The notes beneath the pieces were generated by a model. The model was not told the DNA's origin, made no database searches, and was given only the letters and a program-made list of their open reading frames with translations. Both the position numbers and the translations under genes were made by a program. A DNA stretch of 62,661 nt, the filler included, from Gonapodya sp. JEL0774 (Eukaryota), in the NCBI GenBank assembly GCA_027604505.1. It is 38 parts of 38 records of this genome, joined end to end, with 100 filler letters (N's around TTAATTAATTAA, not from the genome) between each part and the next. Parts side by side here need not be neighbours in the genome. Positions count along the whole stretch, not along the records: positions 13,276 to 14,832 come from JADIIX010002956.1; positions 14,933 to 16,489 come from JADIIX010002957.1; positions 16,590 to 18,146 come from JADIIX010002958.1; positions 18,247 to 19,802 come from JADIIX010002959.1; positions 19,903 to 21,458 come from JADIIX010002960.1; positions 21,559 to 23,114 come from JADIIX010002961.1; positions 23,215 to 24,768 come from JADIIX010002962.1; positions 24,869 to 26,422 come from JADIIX010002963.1; 30 more parts are not named here. One strand, written 5' to 3'. Positions 13,276-25,126 of the stretch are shown in pieces (position 1 is the stretch's first letter; each line of letters starts with the position of its first letter).

Positions 13276-14763
13276 CGTTCGCTCAATAATGGCTTCATTG
13301 AAGTCACTCTTGCTCCGCAACCATGTCCCATTCTCCGAATGTCGCGTGATAGAGAAGGAAACGGCGACAATGAGGAGCTCGACGACGACGACGTTCTTGG
13401 AGTGTCGACTACACACGCACGTGCGCGTGCAGGGAGATCCTCCACATATGTCCTGCTTCGCCCTGAAGGCGCCGTAGTGAGATGCTGGGATGATCAATGC
13501 ATTGCGTCATCTCATCCTGAAATTGATCTCGATCCATACTCTTTCGACGACGTTGGTTCTTTCTTCTCGGCTAGAGATCCATACTACTGGCTCAAGCGAG
13601 CCCTTGACCTCACACACGAAGGCGTCGCGCAGTTCGCTTTTGAACTTCTTAAAGAAAAGGTACGCGCCGCGCGACTCGGCATGTCGGTAAAATGGTATGT
13701 TTTCGATTGCCATCGATGGCAGCAGCGCGCTTCAATCTCGCACGAGATCATGTCGGATAGCGGAACACTCGTTGGTATGCTGAGGAAATATTCTGCCACA
13801 CTCGAAAGGGCCGTCGCAGAAAGCGACAACCACGACGACGCCGATCAGATGGAAGAGGACGGCGACACTGAAAGCAAGAAGATGATAGCCAATATCTCAA
13901 AGCTTATTCGAAACCTTCGAATGCGACCTTTCGCCCAAAATATTGCCGCCGTCCTTGGTGAGAAGCTCATGTTTCTGGATCCACTATTCGAACAACGTTT
14001 AAACACATGCCCAACTATCATTGTGTTCAAAAACGGAGTTTTTGATTTTCGTGAAAATGTATTTCGCGATGGTCGCCCGGACGATTACATGTCCTATACG
14101 ATGGGCTGCGACTACGTTGAATGGGCCAGCGAGAAAATCAATCGAAGTGATCGAGACCAGCTCGCGCACTTTCTCGAGAGTCTGTTTCCATCGCACACAG
14201 ATCGCACTTATGCAATGTGGTGTTTCGCGTGTGCATTGGATGCTTCCCTGGACAATCAACTATTTTACATATTCTGGGGTGCGGGATCAAATGGAAAGAG
14301 TAAACTTCTTCACCTTGCTAGTAACGCATTTGGAGATTACGCTGTGGAATCCAGCGTTGCCATGCTCACACAACGGCGTGCGGCGTCGAACTCTGCGACT
14401 CCCGACATCATAGCTCTAAAGGGGAAGAGACTGTGCACGTTTTCAGAGCTCGATAGCGGGGAACAACTTCGCTTTGGACTACTGAAGGAGGCTACGGGAG
14501 GTGACAAAATGACAGGTCGTGAACTCTATGGGTCTCTTCAAGAGTTTCGAAACTTTGCAAAGTTCATAATGAGTACCAACGAGTGGGTGAACTCTGATCA
14601 GCTCTAGTGTTTTATATCCTCATTCTCCAGCCTTACCAATCACAGACTTCCTCGAATAATCGCGACTCCAGCAGATTACGGTGTATGGAGGCGATTGCGC
14701 ATCGTTCCCTTTGTCACACGGTTTGTCGACGAAGTTGTCGCAAAGAACGATCGACTTATTACG
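13276..14763 (+). CDS. NCLDV-type D5-like primase-helicase (Zn finger + D5_N + SF3 helicase), truncated both ends, with intron 14583..14645
   Basis: IVFKNGVFDF...FRDGRPDDYMS (D5_N); Walker A GAGSNGKS; LKGKRLCTFSE (Walker B); LKEATGGDKMTGRELY; after splicing STNELPRI...DYGVWRRLRIVPFVTRF. Confidence 0.92.
14583..14645 (+). other. Spliceosomal intron (63 nt) inside the D5 helicase gene
   Basis: GTGGGT donor, CTTAC branch-like motif, CACAG acceptor; contains the in-frame TAG at 14605-14607; removal restores the NELP motif. Confidence 0.8.
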
Positions 14764-15137
14764 GTTTTCATTGAGAATGTCACGTTGTATATTTTTTTAT
14801 GTTTTGCTAGAAACAGATGCCAATGAAAAGCCNNNNNNNNNNNNNNNNNNNNNNNNNNNNNNNNNNNNNNNNNNNNTTAATTAATTAANNNNNNNNNNNN
14901 NNNNNNNNNNNNNNNNNNNNNNNNNNNNNNNNCGCACGACTTAATAGGCGATTGAAAAGATCAGCACCTGGAAAGATTTAGCGTTCCTCCTATGATAATG
15001 GGGAATGAGCCGGGTGAAATGAAAAACAACTTAATATTATTGCGAATTTTATAGTGCCCCAGTATGCGCAGATCAGGGGACAACGCGTGCTTGTACATTG
15101 GAATTCTACAGTCACCGCATAAAGTATGCCCGTGCTA

Positions 15138-16489
15138 TTATCGACTTTGCTTCGTTGTTTCTTGTGAACGTACTCGTCTCACTTTCATCCTCTTCTCGAT
15201 CCAAATCCACCCGGCCATCGCTGTGACGACACTCTGGGCGATCCCGCAAAACCCAACAACCCATTTCCAATCCGTCATGACGCGGATTCCATCAGAGTCA
15301 AAGATTGAGTACCGATCGGCGATTTGACCGAGGATCGGTCCGCAGGCGAATACCCCCGGTGCAAACCAAGTGAACACGAGGCCGAGTTTCGTGGCTGCGT
15401 CCGATGCACCGAAAACGTCGACCGTGATGTCGGCTGCGCAAACTAAGAACAAGGGGCATATTGGTGTGCAAGCTCGATTGAGATACGTCCCGATCGACAA
15501 AGACACAAAGACAAAGCACTCACGAGGAAGAGGACCGACGACGAGGCCAATAACACAACATGATACGGCAAGCATTGCAGGTGACGAGAGAGACAGAAGG
15601 TCTGCAGCAGAGGGAAAAGGTCGAAGAGATGGCAGAAACGCGGCCAAAATCAGTTTTAGAATGGAGACTTACAAAGAGGAACATAGCCAAGAGTCATTAA
15701 AAACGCTACGGGTGAAAAGAAAGGATGTTGGCAAGAAGTCACGAAATAGAACGCTGCTCAGACAAGCCGTCTCACAAGAGAAAAAGAGAAGCTTGTAGGG
15801 TCCCAGTCGCTTGACAGCAACACTAGAGAGAACCTGACCCAGCGCCATAAACACGTTCAAGAGTACCAAGCACGAAGATCCGCTGATGATGGGGCTGACT
15901 CCCCGACCTGCGGCATCCTGTACTTGCTGCGGGATGTACAAAAATGTACACAAAAAGCCTGGGGGATTAAAGAGTGCAAGTACGACCAACTTCCAGTACG
16001 TTGGGCTCTTCAGAAGCGACCAGTCCATCGGCACCCGCTTCTGAGATGCTTTGGATTGATTTCGATTTGTTTTCCATCTAGGTAACGAGCGCATCTTCAT
16101 GAATGAGCCCGAAATAACCAAGCAAACCCCTGCTACGATGCTAAGAGATCGCATGGCTGTCCTCCAGCCATAAGTATCGACCAACCATTGTGTGAGGGGG
16201 GTGAGCACCACGCCACCAACTCCGAGCCCAGAGAGTCCTATGCCCATAGCGAGTCCAAGCTTCGCGCTAAACCAATGAGAAGGCAGTGCAATCGCGGGGG
16301 CTAGTGTCATGGAAGCATAAGAAAACAAACCAGCCGGGCCTCCATTGTGCTTTTGGAGTTTAGTGTCGGAAATCCGCTGTACCCACCGATGCATGCACTA
16401 TAGCCCAATCCCGCAAGTATTCCGCCCAGAAACAGAACCCATAGATCTGTAGGGCCAGCCAACGTGCTGACGAATTGTCCCAAGAACAG
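15138..16489 (-). CDS. MFS transporter, monocarboxylate (MCT/MCH)-like
   Basis: PSHWFSAKLGLAMGIGLSGLGVGGVVLTPLTQWLVDTYGWRTAMR and MDWSLLKSPTY; multiple TM segments; the frame change implies an intron. Confidence 0.85.
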
Positions 16490-16589
16490 NNNNNNNNNNN
16501 NNNNNNNNNNNNNNNNNNNNNNNNNNNNNNNNNTTAATTAATTAANNNNNNNNNNNNNNNNNNNNNNNNNNNNNNNNNNNNNNNNNNNN

Positions 16590-17478
16590 TTCTGGGAAAG
16601 GGACTCCTGGTGCGCGATCAAGAGGAAAATCTGCCGCTGATTTTGAAGAAGGGCCGCAACCGGTCGGCGAGCCACCCAAAGGCCGGGGAGCAAAAGGAAA
16701 GCAGACAGACTTGGCGGCGTCAGTCCCAATTCCAGCAGAGGAGGCAGTTGAAGCAACGAAAGGTCGCAGAGCAAAGGGGAAGCAGACGATCCCGCCACCA
16801 GCAGTTGCAGGTTTAGTAGAAGAGCAAGTTGAAGCACCAAAAGGTCGCGGAGCGAAAGGGAAGCCAACAATTCCACCATCAACGGTCCCTGTTCCAGCAG
16901 AGGAGCCAGTCTTACGTGGGGCCAGACGTACCGCATTGAAGGCCAAGTCATCAACAAAAGAAGTCTCCACTCGTGCTACCGAAGGCGACAAAGCAAGGAA
17001 AGGACAGCCTGGCAGGGCCAAGAATGTGGAAGTCAATGATGGATTCTTTGTAGAGATTTTATCCAACGAACGACGAAACAAAGGGACTACGTCGAAGACT
17101 GTCCCCGAACCTTCGACAGCGGGTAGGAAGAAAAGACCTGCCGCGGACTCTGAGACTGACGCTGAGCCGGCTCCAAAGAAGCGTCGGGGAGTAGTGGAGA
17201 AGGCGGATGCTGCTGTATCGCCTGCGCCACGTGGAAGAATTAGGACTGAATTGCCGAAACCTGAGCGTGCTCTAACCAAGAGACCAACCACAGGAGTGGG
17301 TGCAAAGAAAATCGGGGTGCCCAAGGATGACGAGCCTCCAGTGACAACTCGGAAGGCGCCGGCGGGCCGGTCAATTAAAGTGCTTGAGCCAGCACCGCCG
17401 TCACCTCCTCGGGCAAGGAGAAGCGCCAAGACTGGCGAAACATTACCGATGGTGCGACCCACGAGAGCGAAAAAGTAA
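16590..17478 (+). CDS. Basic Lys/Arg/Pro-rich low-complexity protein, C-terminal part
   Basis: Frame open from contig edge to TAA 17478; three 27-aa repeats containing (P/T)KGR(G/R)AKGK. Confidence 0.55.
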
Positions 17479-18059
17479 GCGTCGCGAGTTGACATTCGGG
17501 TATTGCAATCGCTGTCCGTACATGGTTATTGTTTTGTGTGCATGATGGATGTTATTGCTTGGGTACAATACATCCTCCTTTAGTTGTTGCTCTGAATAGA
17601 CTTTTTATGTGCGACTAGTGGAAGCCTAAACTTTTGGTACAGCCGAAAGGGTGTTGACTTTCGGGTTGAGCAACATGTCAAAAGCAAATTGAGTATCTGA
17701 TCACTCGAAAGCTCATTAATGGACTGTTCAATGGCGTCGGGAGTCTGATGCTGATCGCTGGACATATTTACATCCCTTCACCAAATATAAGATAGAGAGG
17801 CCTTTCGCCTTAAAGCTCGCCCAGGGCGTGCTTGATACAGGTAATTCATGCTTTCGGCTATGCCGCACTCACTCGAAGAATCTAAAATTTTGCAAAGGTT
17901 TCGACGGGCACGGCACATCCTTCTGATAGTTCAAAAACTACCAACCGTACAAATATAACAAATTATACGGGTACATGTGTACACATCCTGTTCAATCATC
18001 AATCATGTTCCCCAGCAAAATGATTCCCGCGAGTCAGGTGAGGGCCCAGGGTCCAGACA

Positions 18060-18146
18060 CTACATGCCCAGACGCTCCAACGCTTGCCTGGCCTTGAACG
18101 TCTGCGCGCCTCGGTACATCCCCACGGCTTGGTCCAAATCCTTCTC
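18060..18146 (-). CDS. C-terminus of possible Sel1-repeat protein
   Basis: EKDLDQAVGMYRGAQTFKARQALERLGM* resembles a terminal Sel1-like repeat. Confidence 0.35.
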   Translation of the reverse strand, partial: EKDLDQAVGMYRGAQTFKARQALERLGM

Positions 18147-18246
18147 NNNNNNNNNNNNNNNNNNNNNNNNNNNNNNNNNNNNNNNNNNNNTTAATTAATT
18201 AANNNNNNNNNNNNNNNNNNNNNNNNNNNNNNNNNNNNNNNNNNNN

Positions 18247-18909
18247 CGAGAACGTGTTCGTCCTGCCATCCATCTAACAGCTCTGGGTGTGACTCGCCCT
18301 CACTCTAACTTTGATGTCCACAAAGATATCGTAATCCCACCTTACGCCAACTACTCAATACTCCGCTCCTTGACTTATCGGCCAGCGTGGCAGCGTCACG
18401 TATTGGCGCACTTTCGAGGTACTATCTTGGAAGATTACCGTTATTCTCTCGGGGTTCGACAGCGCCTTCGAGAGCTTGCCATGTATGCACCGAAAAGTTT
18501 TCGGGTGCATGAAGGACATTCTGCTGGATACTGGTCAGAAATGGCAGACTCTGTGTTTGCATTGTGTCCCGGGGGCTGGAGTCCCTGGTCCCCGCGAATT
18601 TTCGATGCATTCATTTCAGGAAGTATTCCAGTGCTGTTCGCAGATGACATCCAATTGCCTTTTGAAGATCTTGTGGATTATTCAAGAACTATGATAATTT
18701 TGCGAAACGGCGATGTTGACAAAACGCCAGCGCTCTTGGAGGGGATATCTTCGGAAAGGCGAAAGGCGTTGTGGAACGAAGGACAAAAGATCAGGGGACG
18801 ATTCGTGTGGAACGATCCACCAGAAGACGACGATGCATTTCAGAGTATAATAGAGTTGCTCAAGAGGAAGCGCGGACGAACACGAATTGGAGCGATCACA
18901 TCCAATTGA
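18247..18909 (+). CDS. Exostosin-family glycosyltransferase (GT47), C-terminal half
   Basis: KDIVIPPY, LAHFRGTI, YSLGVRQRL, EMADSVFALCPGGWSPWSPRIFDAFISGSIPVLFADDIQLPFEDLVDY. Confidence 0.9.
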   Translation, partial: RERVRPAIHLTALGVTRPHSNFDVHKDIVIPPYANYSILRSLTYRPAWQRHVLAHFRGTILEDYRYSLGVRQRLRELAMYAPKSFRVHEGHSAGYWSEMADSVFALCPGGWSPWSPRIFDAFISGSIPVLFADDIQLPFEDLVDYSRTMIILRNGDVDKTPALLEGISSERRKALWNEGQKIRGRFVWNDPPEDDDAFQSIIELLKRKRGRTRIGAITSN

Positions 18910-19090
18910 ATTTAATGGACAATCACAGCAATGAGCCAATTCAAACTACGACAGAATAGAAAATATACATAGCAAGTATCACTAAGAGCATTCTCTGTTA
19001 CCAGGGAGTGATTTCACTCTTGCCCAACACCCTACAGAGGCACTGTGCAGCTGAGCTCAAAAACGGATCCGTGGAGCCAATCGTGAAACC

Positions 19091-19744
19091 TCACGACATC
19101 AGTCTCTTCCCAGCCTCCACATCCGCGTCTGTTCCCAGACCTTGTGGGCGACCAAACCTTGGTCGCTGTGCAACGAGATTGCCAACGTCAGCTTCATCCG
19201 GGTCCTCCTTCCTGTCGAAAATCTGTTGGGTAATGACTAATCACACGAAGGGAAAACATTGAGTAACAAAGCGGATACAAAGCTCATTACGTCACTTACG
19301 ATAAGTCGACGATCCAATTGCACGAACAAGGGCAAAGAATGTCGTCGAATAGAAAAGGAAAGCAAGGTATTGATTGCCAATACCGGCGGCAACAAAGCTC
19401 GGGCTCGTAAGAGGAATGACAAGAACCAGATTCGTGACCATCCAAAACAACACAAGCAGAGTTCGGAATCGCTTTTTCGCGTCCTCTGCTTTGTCCTTGG
19501 CAACCGATGCTGCCTTCTTGGCCTTCTCCTCTGGAGTTAGATCGACGGGCCTAACCATTTCCGCATAAAGTTTGTCGTATGCTTTGTTGGCTTCGTCCTT
19601 TTTGTTCTCGTCCGGCACCTCGAGAGTGACTTCCTGGGCCTTGCCACCCTCCTGCTTCTTAGCAGCTCCAAGAACGTGGTCGTCTTTGTCAGCTCCTTTA
19701 GTGCCCCAGGAAATGTCGTGTGTGTTACAGTAAGCGTAGACTAG
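19091..19744 (-). CDS. Chitin synthase, C-terminal exons
   Basis: VYAYCNTHDISWGTKG, then KRFRTLLVLFWMVTN and YLAFLFYSTTFFALVRAIGS, the conserved end of class I-III chitin synthases. Confidence 0.9.
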
Positions 19745-21558
19745 CGATCCATACAAACAAAAGCCAGTGAATCTGGATTAAACATGACGATGACATCTGT
19801 CANNNNNNNNNNNNNNNNNNNNNNNNNNNNNNNNNNNNNNNNNNNNTTAATTAATTAANNNNNNNNNNNNNNNNNNNNNNNNNNNNNNNNNNNNNNNNNN
19901 NNTTCAAGTGTTGTGAAGTGACCGTGGCACTTAATGGCACTTAAGGTCACTTAACTTGGGACCCAGGTTTCCAGACGCAAGCCGGAACGGAAGGTACTCC
20001 CCGATTGCCAGGAGGATTCCCGGGGGCAACTTGCAGATGGAAAATGCGGACGGCACTGGCCGATGCAGTGAATGAGAGTGGAAACATAATTGGGAGGAGG
20101 GACTTATAACGGAACATAGAGAGGTCACCACCGGCGGCCAGATGCTGTTGTAGTTCAACCGCGAACAGGAAGAGATAATCAGGAAAACTTCTGACATTAG
20201 TGGCAACAATATCCCTTCTTTCTTTAAATATCACCTTGAACTGCTTCTCCGTGGGGATCATGTATATATGGCAACGGTTTCTTTGAGTCAACTAACATGA
20301 TAGCAATAATGTGAAATACTGACAGATGCTATTACAATTACAGATGGTACAACAAGTCACACTCTGGGGATGATTTCAAAGAATAAATACTTCCTAATGA
20401 AGTGACATATGCACATTTTCTCATTTGGGCCGTTTCCTAATCGCGGTGCCCACATTTTGCGAGGGCAATAGCGGCACTTTCCATGATAGTTCTGTCGAGG
20501 AGTTTCCCCCAATGGTACCAGAGGAAGATGAACCTGCCAGACTGTTAAGATCGAGTGATGTGACGGGTCCGTGGACGTCATGAGTCGCAGACGCAATCTT
20601 GCACGGTGAAAATTGTGATGTCGTTGGAAATACAGAAAAAAGTAAGATTCGAGTGTTCTGGTCGTTGATCGTTAACACGCATGGACTGCAACTAGAGGTA
20701 CACTTACAGTTCCAATTTCATATTTCTGGTCACTCATGATCCTTGACGCAATATACTCCGATCGGGACTCTGCTCTCGGAGGGGTGTAATCGACTGGTGG
20801 TGGCGCTAGCGGCGGGGGGATATCTACTCCCGCAGCAGATGTTGCGGCTTTGTCGAGTGCGAGACAATCGCTGTTTGGATGCACACACATCCACAACAGA
20901 GATTGAGCGTCAAGCAAAGGCGGCACATACATTAAGGTCATGGAGCTCACAGAGGACTGATCCATTTCGTCATCCATCACAGACGATCAGGGTCATCAAT
21001 TGAATGATTTGAGGTACAAAGTCATCGGGAAGTAGGAATGTATACAGAAGACGCGATTTACTCACAAAAGACCATATGCTCCAGTATGAACCTGTTACAA
21101 TGATGGATGAGCCGCTCCTTGTGTCCACCAATTTTCGCACTCATGCACGTAAATATACTCACATTTCTTCCGATACCCCAACCGTCTCTGATTACTTCCA
21201 CGACATCAACAACGTTTTTCACAAAGAGCGCGATCTCATCTTGCGCTGATGGGTTGTACTGAGTGGTTGTGTGTCAAAAGTTCCCATATTTGTCATGATC
21301 CAGAAGATGCAGCTGCACAGCAGAATAGGTTCTTGTGATCGGTAACTCACCGGCCGTACCACCTCCAAAGGAGGTCCGTTAAAAAGCACACTTAAATTCG
21401 CTTGCTGACCCAGTGGAGCAGCACAGATATAGAAAAACCACTATTTTGGATGAGAGCANNNNNNNNNNNNNNNNNNNNNNNNNNNNNNNNNNNNNNNNNN
21501 NNTTAATTAATTAANNNNNNNNNNNNNNNNNNNNNNNNNNNNNNNNNNNNNNNNNNNN

Positions 21559-23114
21559 TAGGTACAAGGAGGGGGCCATTCTGAAAATCAAGGTTTCCAA
21601 TTTCCTCACCTATAATAGCGCGGAGTGAGTTTTCTGCTTCTGAATCTCATCGGGTCGGCTTGCATGACAGTTATTGAAGACTGACTACCTGGATTTTGAA
21701 CTAGATGGCGCCCCGGTCCCAAAATGAACATGATCATTGGCCCTAACGGCTCAGGAAAGTCAACACTTGTTTGTGCAGTTGTCATCGGTCTCGGTGGAAA
21801 CCCGTCCGTAAGTACGAAGGTCAAACCCCCAATTCAGTAAATCGAGTTGGGAATCTTCACTCAATTCCATATGGTTTAAACGGCGTTTTAACGGTTAAAG
21901 CTTCTGAAAGATCAAAATACGCTGATGAATTTTGTCAAGCACGGTCGTGAGAAGGCAGAAGTTGAGATTACACTGCGATGCTCAAAGGGTAATATGGTAA
22001 TCAAACGAGAGTTTACAAGCGGCGGCACAGGGAGCCTGTGGTCAATTCAAGGTGCGAGCGTGGGCGATGGATGCGCCACGATGCCTTTCGAAATCTCATC
22101 GTGGAAGTGTTGTCACTTTAGGCAACAAGGCGACATTCGATGCTGTAAAGGAGAAAGTTCGGAAGCTCAATATCCAAGTCGATAACCTCTGGTTTGTAGT
22201 GCACACTGAATACTCTGAAAATCTTGCCTTCACATCTGCATCTCGGTAGTCAAGTGCTCCCGCAAGACCGCGTCAGCAACTTTGCAGCGGTGCGACGTCA
22301 GATATGCCTTTGGGCACATGCTTCGTGCTTATCTCATTTTTTCTAGATGAATCCCGTAATGCAACTTCGTGAAACGCAAAGGGCTGCTTTGGGTGAGGAA
22401 ATGGTGAAGATTCAACAAAATCTTGCAGATTTCGAGAAGGATCACAAGGGCGTAGAGCTGGTAAGATAGAGATCCCCTTCTGCCACCGACGACATGACGT
22501 GATTATGCTTTTTCGAATTTCCGGTAGCGTCTTGAGTCACTCCGCTCAGACCTCGCTGACTTGGAGACGAGAAATGCCAATCTCGCCGATGAGGTTGCTC
22601 GTTTCGAGGAGAGGGAGAAAATTCTGGGCCAGATACGCTACTGGTCAACTGCAGTTACTTTTCGCGAGTTTCAGCGTGATCATGCAGAGTGGCAAGAGGC
22701 TCGGAAGCAGTTCAAGCGTTTGACTCAGGAGAAGTCGCGCTTAGCCGAAGAGGATGAGCCATTCCAAAAAGCAGTAATTGGACTGGATGCGGAGGCGAAC
22801 GCTGCAGCAGCTCAAGTTAAGGAGACCAGAAGAAAATATAACAACACAATGATCGAGATCGGTAACCTGGCCAACATGCGTGCGCAATTAGGAGATGATA
22901 CTGAAAATGCGAAGACAGACCTCCGGGCCGCCCGACGTCGGGACGATCAACGTAAGAAAAAAATTCGAGAAATGGAAAAAGAACTGGATGTACTGACGCG
23001 GAAAGTAGAGGAGGCGAAAGACGAATGCGAGGAGCTGGGCATTCCGCTGGATGAGGACGGTCCCATGTCGGGTCGATTCGCTGAAATTGTGAACAAAGTG
23101 GAATCCTACCGAGA
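21559..23114 (+). CDS. SMC5: Structural maintenance of chromosomes protein 5, N-terminal exons
   Basis: [65 protein letters not shown], then coiled coil. Confidence 0.92.
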
Positions 23115-24868
23115 NNNNNNNNNNNNNNNNNNNNNNNNNNNNNNNNNNNNNNNNNNNNTTAATTAATTAANNNNNNNNNNNNNNNNNNNNNNNNNNNNNN
23201 NNNNNNNNNNNNNNCAGGGATTTGCACGGTGATTCGGTCTCAACCGTCTTTGGCGCGTGTCTCAGCGGGGCACGTTTTGAGCCGCGGGTCTATGGAGGGG
23301 AGATAGCGGTTGAACTCTCAGAGACGTCATGAAAGAAGACCAATGTGGGGTCACGACGCCATCGTGACAGAGGGCTCGTGTTCTGGGACTCACTCACCAT
23401 CATCGCTCGCTTCGAAAGAGGTGTTCAATGGGGAAAGGCATTCTAAGACTGTGGTCACTGACCATTCCCCCACCGCCCCGAAACCAACGAAAAACGAACC
23501 AACTCACTTCGCGACTGTGAGCTGAGGATATATTGCGGATTGTACTGCGCCAGCGGCGACTCTCGAAATGGGAGTGTTCCTGTAGACGTTTATTCTCACA
23601 TCTCTCCTCCCATGTGTTTGGAACGGGCACACTTGCCAATCATATTCACAATACATATCAACTCAAACGATCACGGAAGCGCCGGAACTCACTGCAAACT
23701 TCAAAAAATCCACAAAAAATCCAGTAATAAATGTCGTTCCCCGTATCAATCATGTCGACAGACGATGTGAATACGGTGGACATGACTGGCGACTCGAGTG
23801 ACAATATCGGCGCAGAGGGCGACGGGAATCGGGATCATCAGGGACAGCATAGCCAGCAGATGGGGCAGAATTCATCACCTCTCTTTCGTCACTCTATCCA
23901 CGTGTTCGCTCCCACATTCCCAGAAAACCTGTTGGCGGGTTTGAATCTCGTTCAAATCGAGTGTCCGCATTCAAACTTCTTTGTCGGATCCGTCGACGAG
24001 TCAACTACAATGGGTAGCATGAATGGACTTGGATCAGCCCCTGGAAACGGAAACGGCTCGTCAGCTGATATGACTCTTGACGACACAGCCGGGCAGTCGG
24101 GCGCCCAAATGGAGGACACGACTTCTACTAGATCTGGTATCGCCGATTGGTTTCTTCGGTGAGTGAATGTGCTCGGCGCTCCCCTTGGATTAGTTGCATG
24201 GAGTGGGTCGGATCGCCAGTCCGAAGAAATCTGATTTTCGCGAGAATCCAACTTGAATGAAATCAAGAGGGCACGTCTTTTGAATCCTTTCTTCATGGAA
24301 CAGGGTGTACGCCTTTGTGTCAAGATATGGATAGCCCATGAAACTTTGCAACATCCAACCAATATTCATTCACGTGAACGGTCTCGATACACATCACAGA
24401 TTCGACCACACACCATCTTATCCTTCAGGCTTCTGTTCTGTTCGGTCATCGCATCGGTCGTTGCGCGAAGCACGAGATAGACAGGAAAAATTTGAGGTGC
24501 AGATTCGGTATTCGAGAACATGTGAAGGTGAGTCCTGATAATCCCTGGTTTGACCGATGAGAACTGTTGTGGGTCTGTCTCACAAACTTTGAAAACTTCT
24601 TCTTGTAACTTCACAGCATTCCGCTCTCTCGGTCGCGTCCTTACTGCAGCATATGAAGCACACCTCTCCGTGTCCTCCTCTCACTCCGGCTCTAATTCGT
24701 CTTCTGGTGCCTCCGACCCTACATCTAATAACACCACAACCTCTACCTCAACGCGAATCGAAGATGTGNNNNNNNNNNNNNNNNNNNNNNNNNNNNNNNN
24801 NNNNNNNNNNNNTTAATTAATTAANNNNNNNNNNNNNNNNNNNNNNNNNNNNNNNNNNNNNNNNNNNN

Positions 24869-25126
24869 CAGTAGCGCTCGCACGGTTTCCACATTTCCTG
24901 CGATCACAGCCAGTGCCAGTGCGCTTTCGCATAGTTCGGTGTCGGATTTAGCCGCGGTTTTCCCCGTTGTCGGGTCCTCAACTTGCGCTGTCAATGTGAC
25001 TCGTTTCCTTGATGATGCGGAAGCACCCAGGCCGAGCAGACGCACAACTTCTGTTGCGTTTCCATTCTCAACAGCGTCGATCAGATCATCGCTGGAATTC
25101 GGCACGGAATGCGTCACGGGAGACAT
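24869..25126 (-). CDS. Ankyrin-repeat protein, N-terminus
   Basis: LIDAVENGNATEVVRLLGLGA and SALALAVIAGNVETVRALL. Confidence 0.7.

Noticed and set aside
13339..14607. Bacterial prophage or P4-type primase contaminant
   Set aside because: The apparent spliceosomal intron and the NCLDV-like motif wording favour a eukaryotic-virus origin; a Polinton-like origin is not excluded
16542..17495. 317-aa minus-strand ORF
   Set aside because: Antisense shadow of the basic repeat protein
17795..17880. Short stem-loops suggesting an snRNA
   Set aside because: No convincing U1 5' end, U5 loop or Sm site; could not support
19903..21458. Multi-exon minus-strand gene
   Set aside because: Only a weak F-box-like peptide; could not build a consistent model
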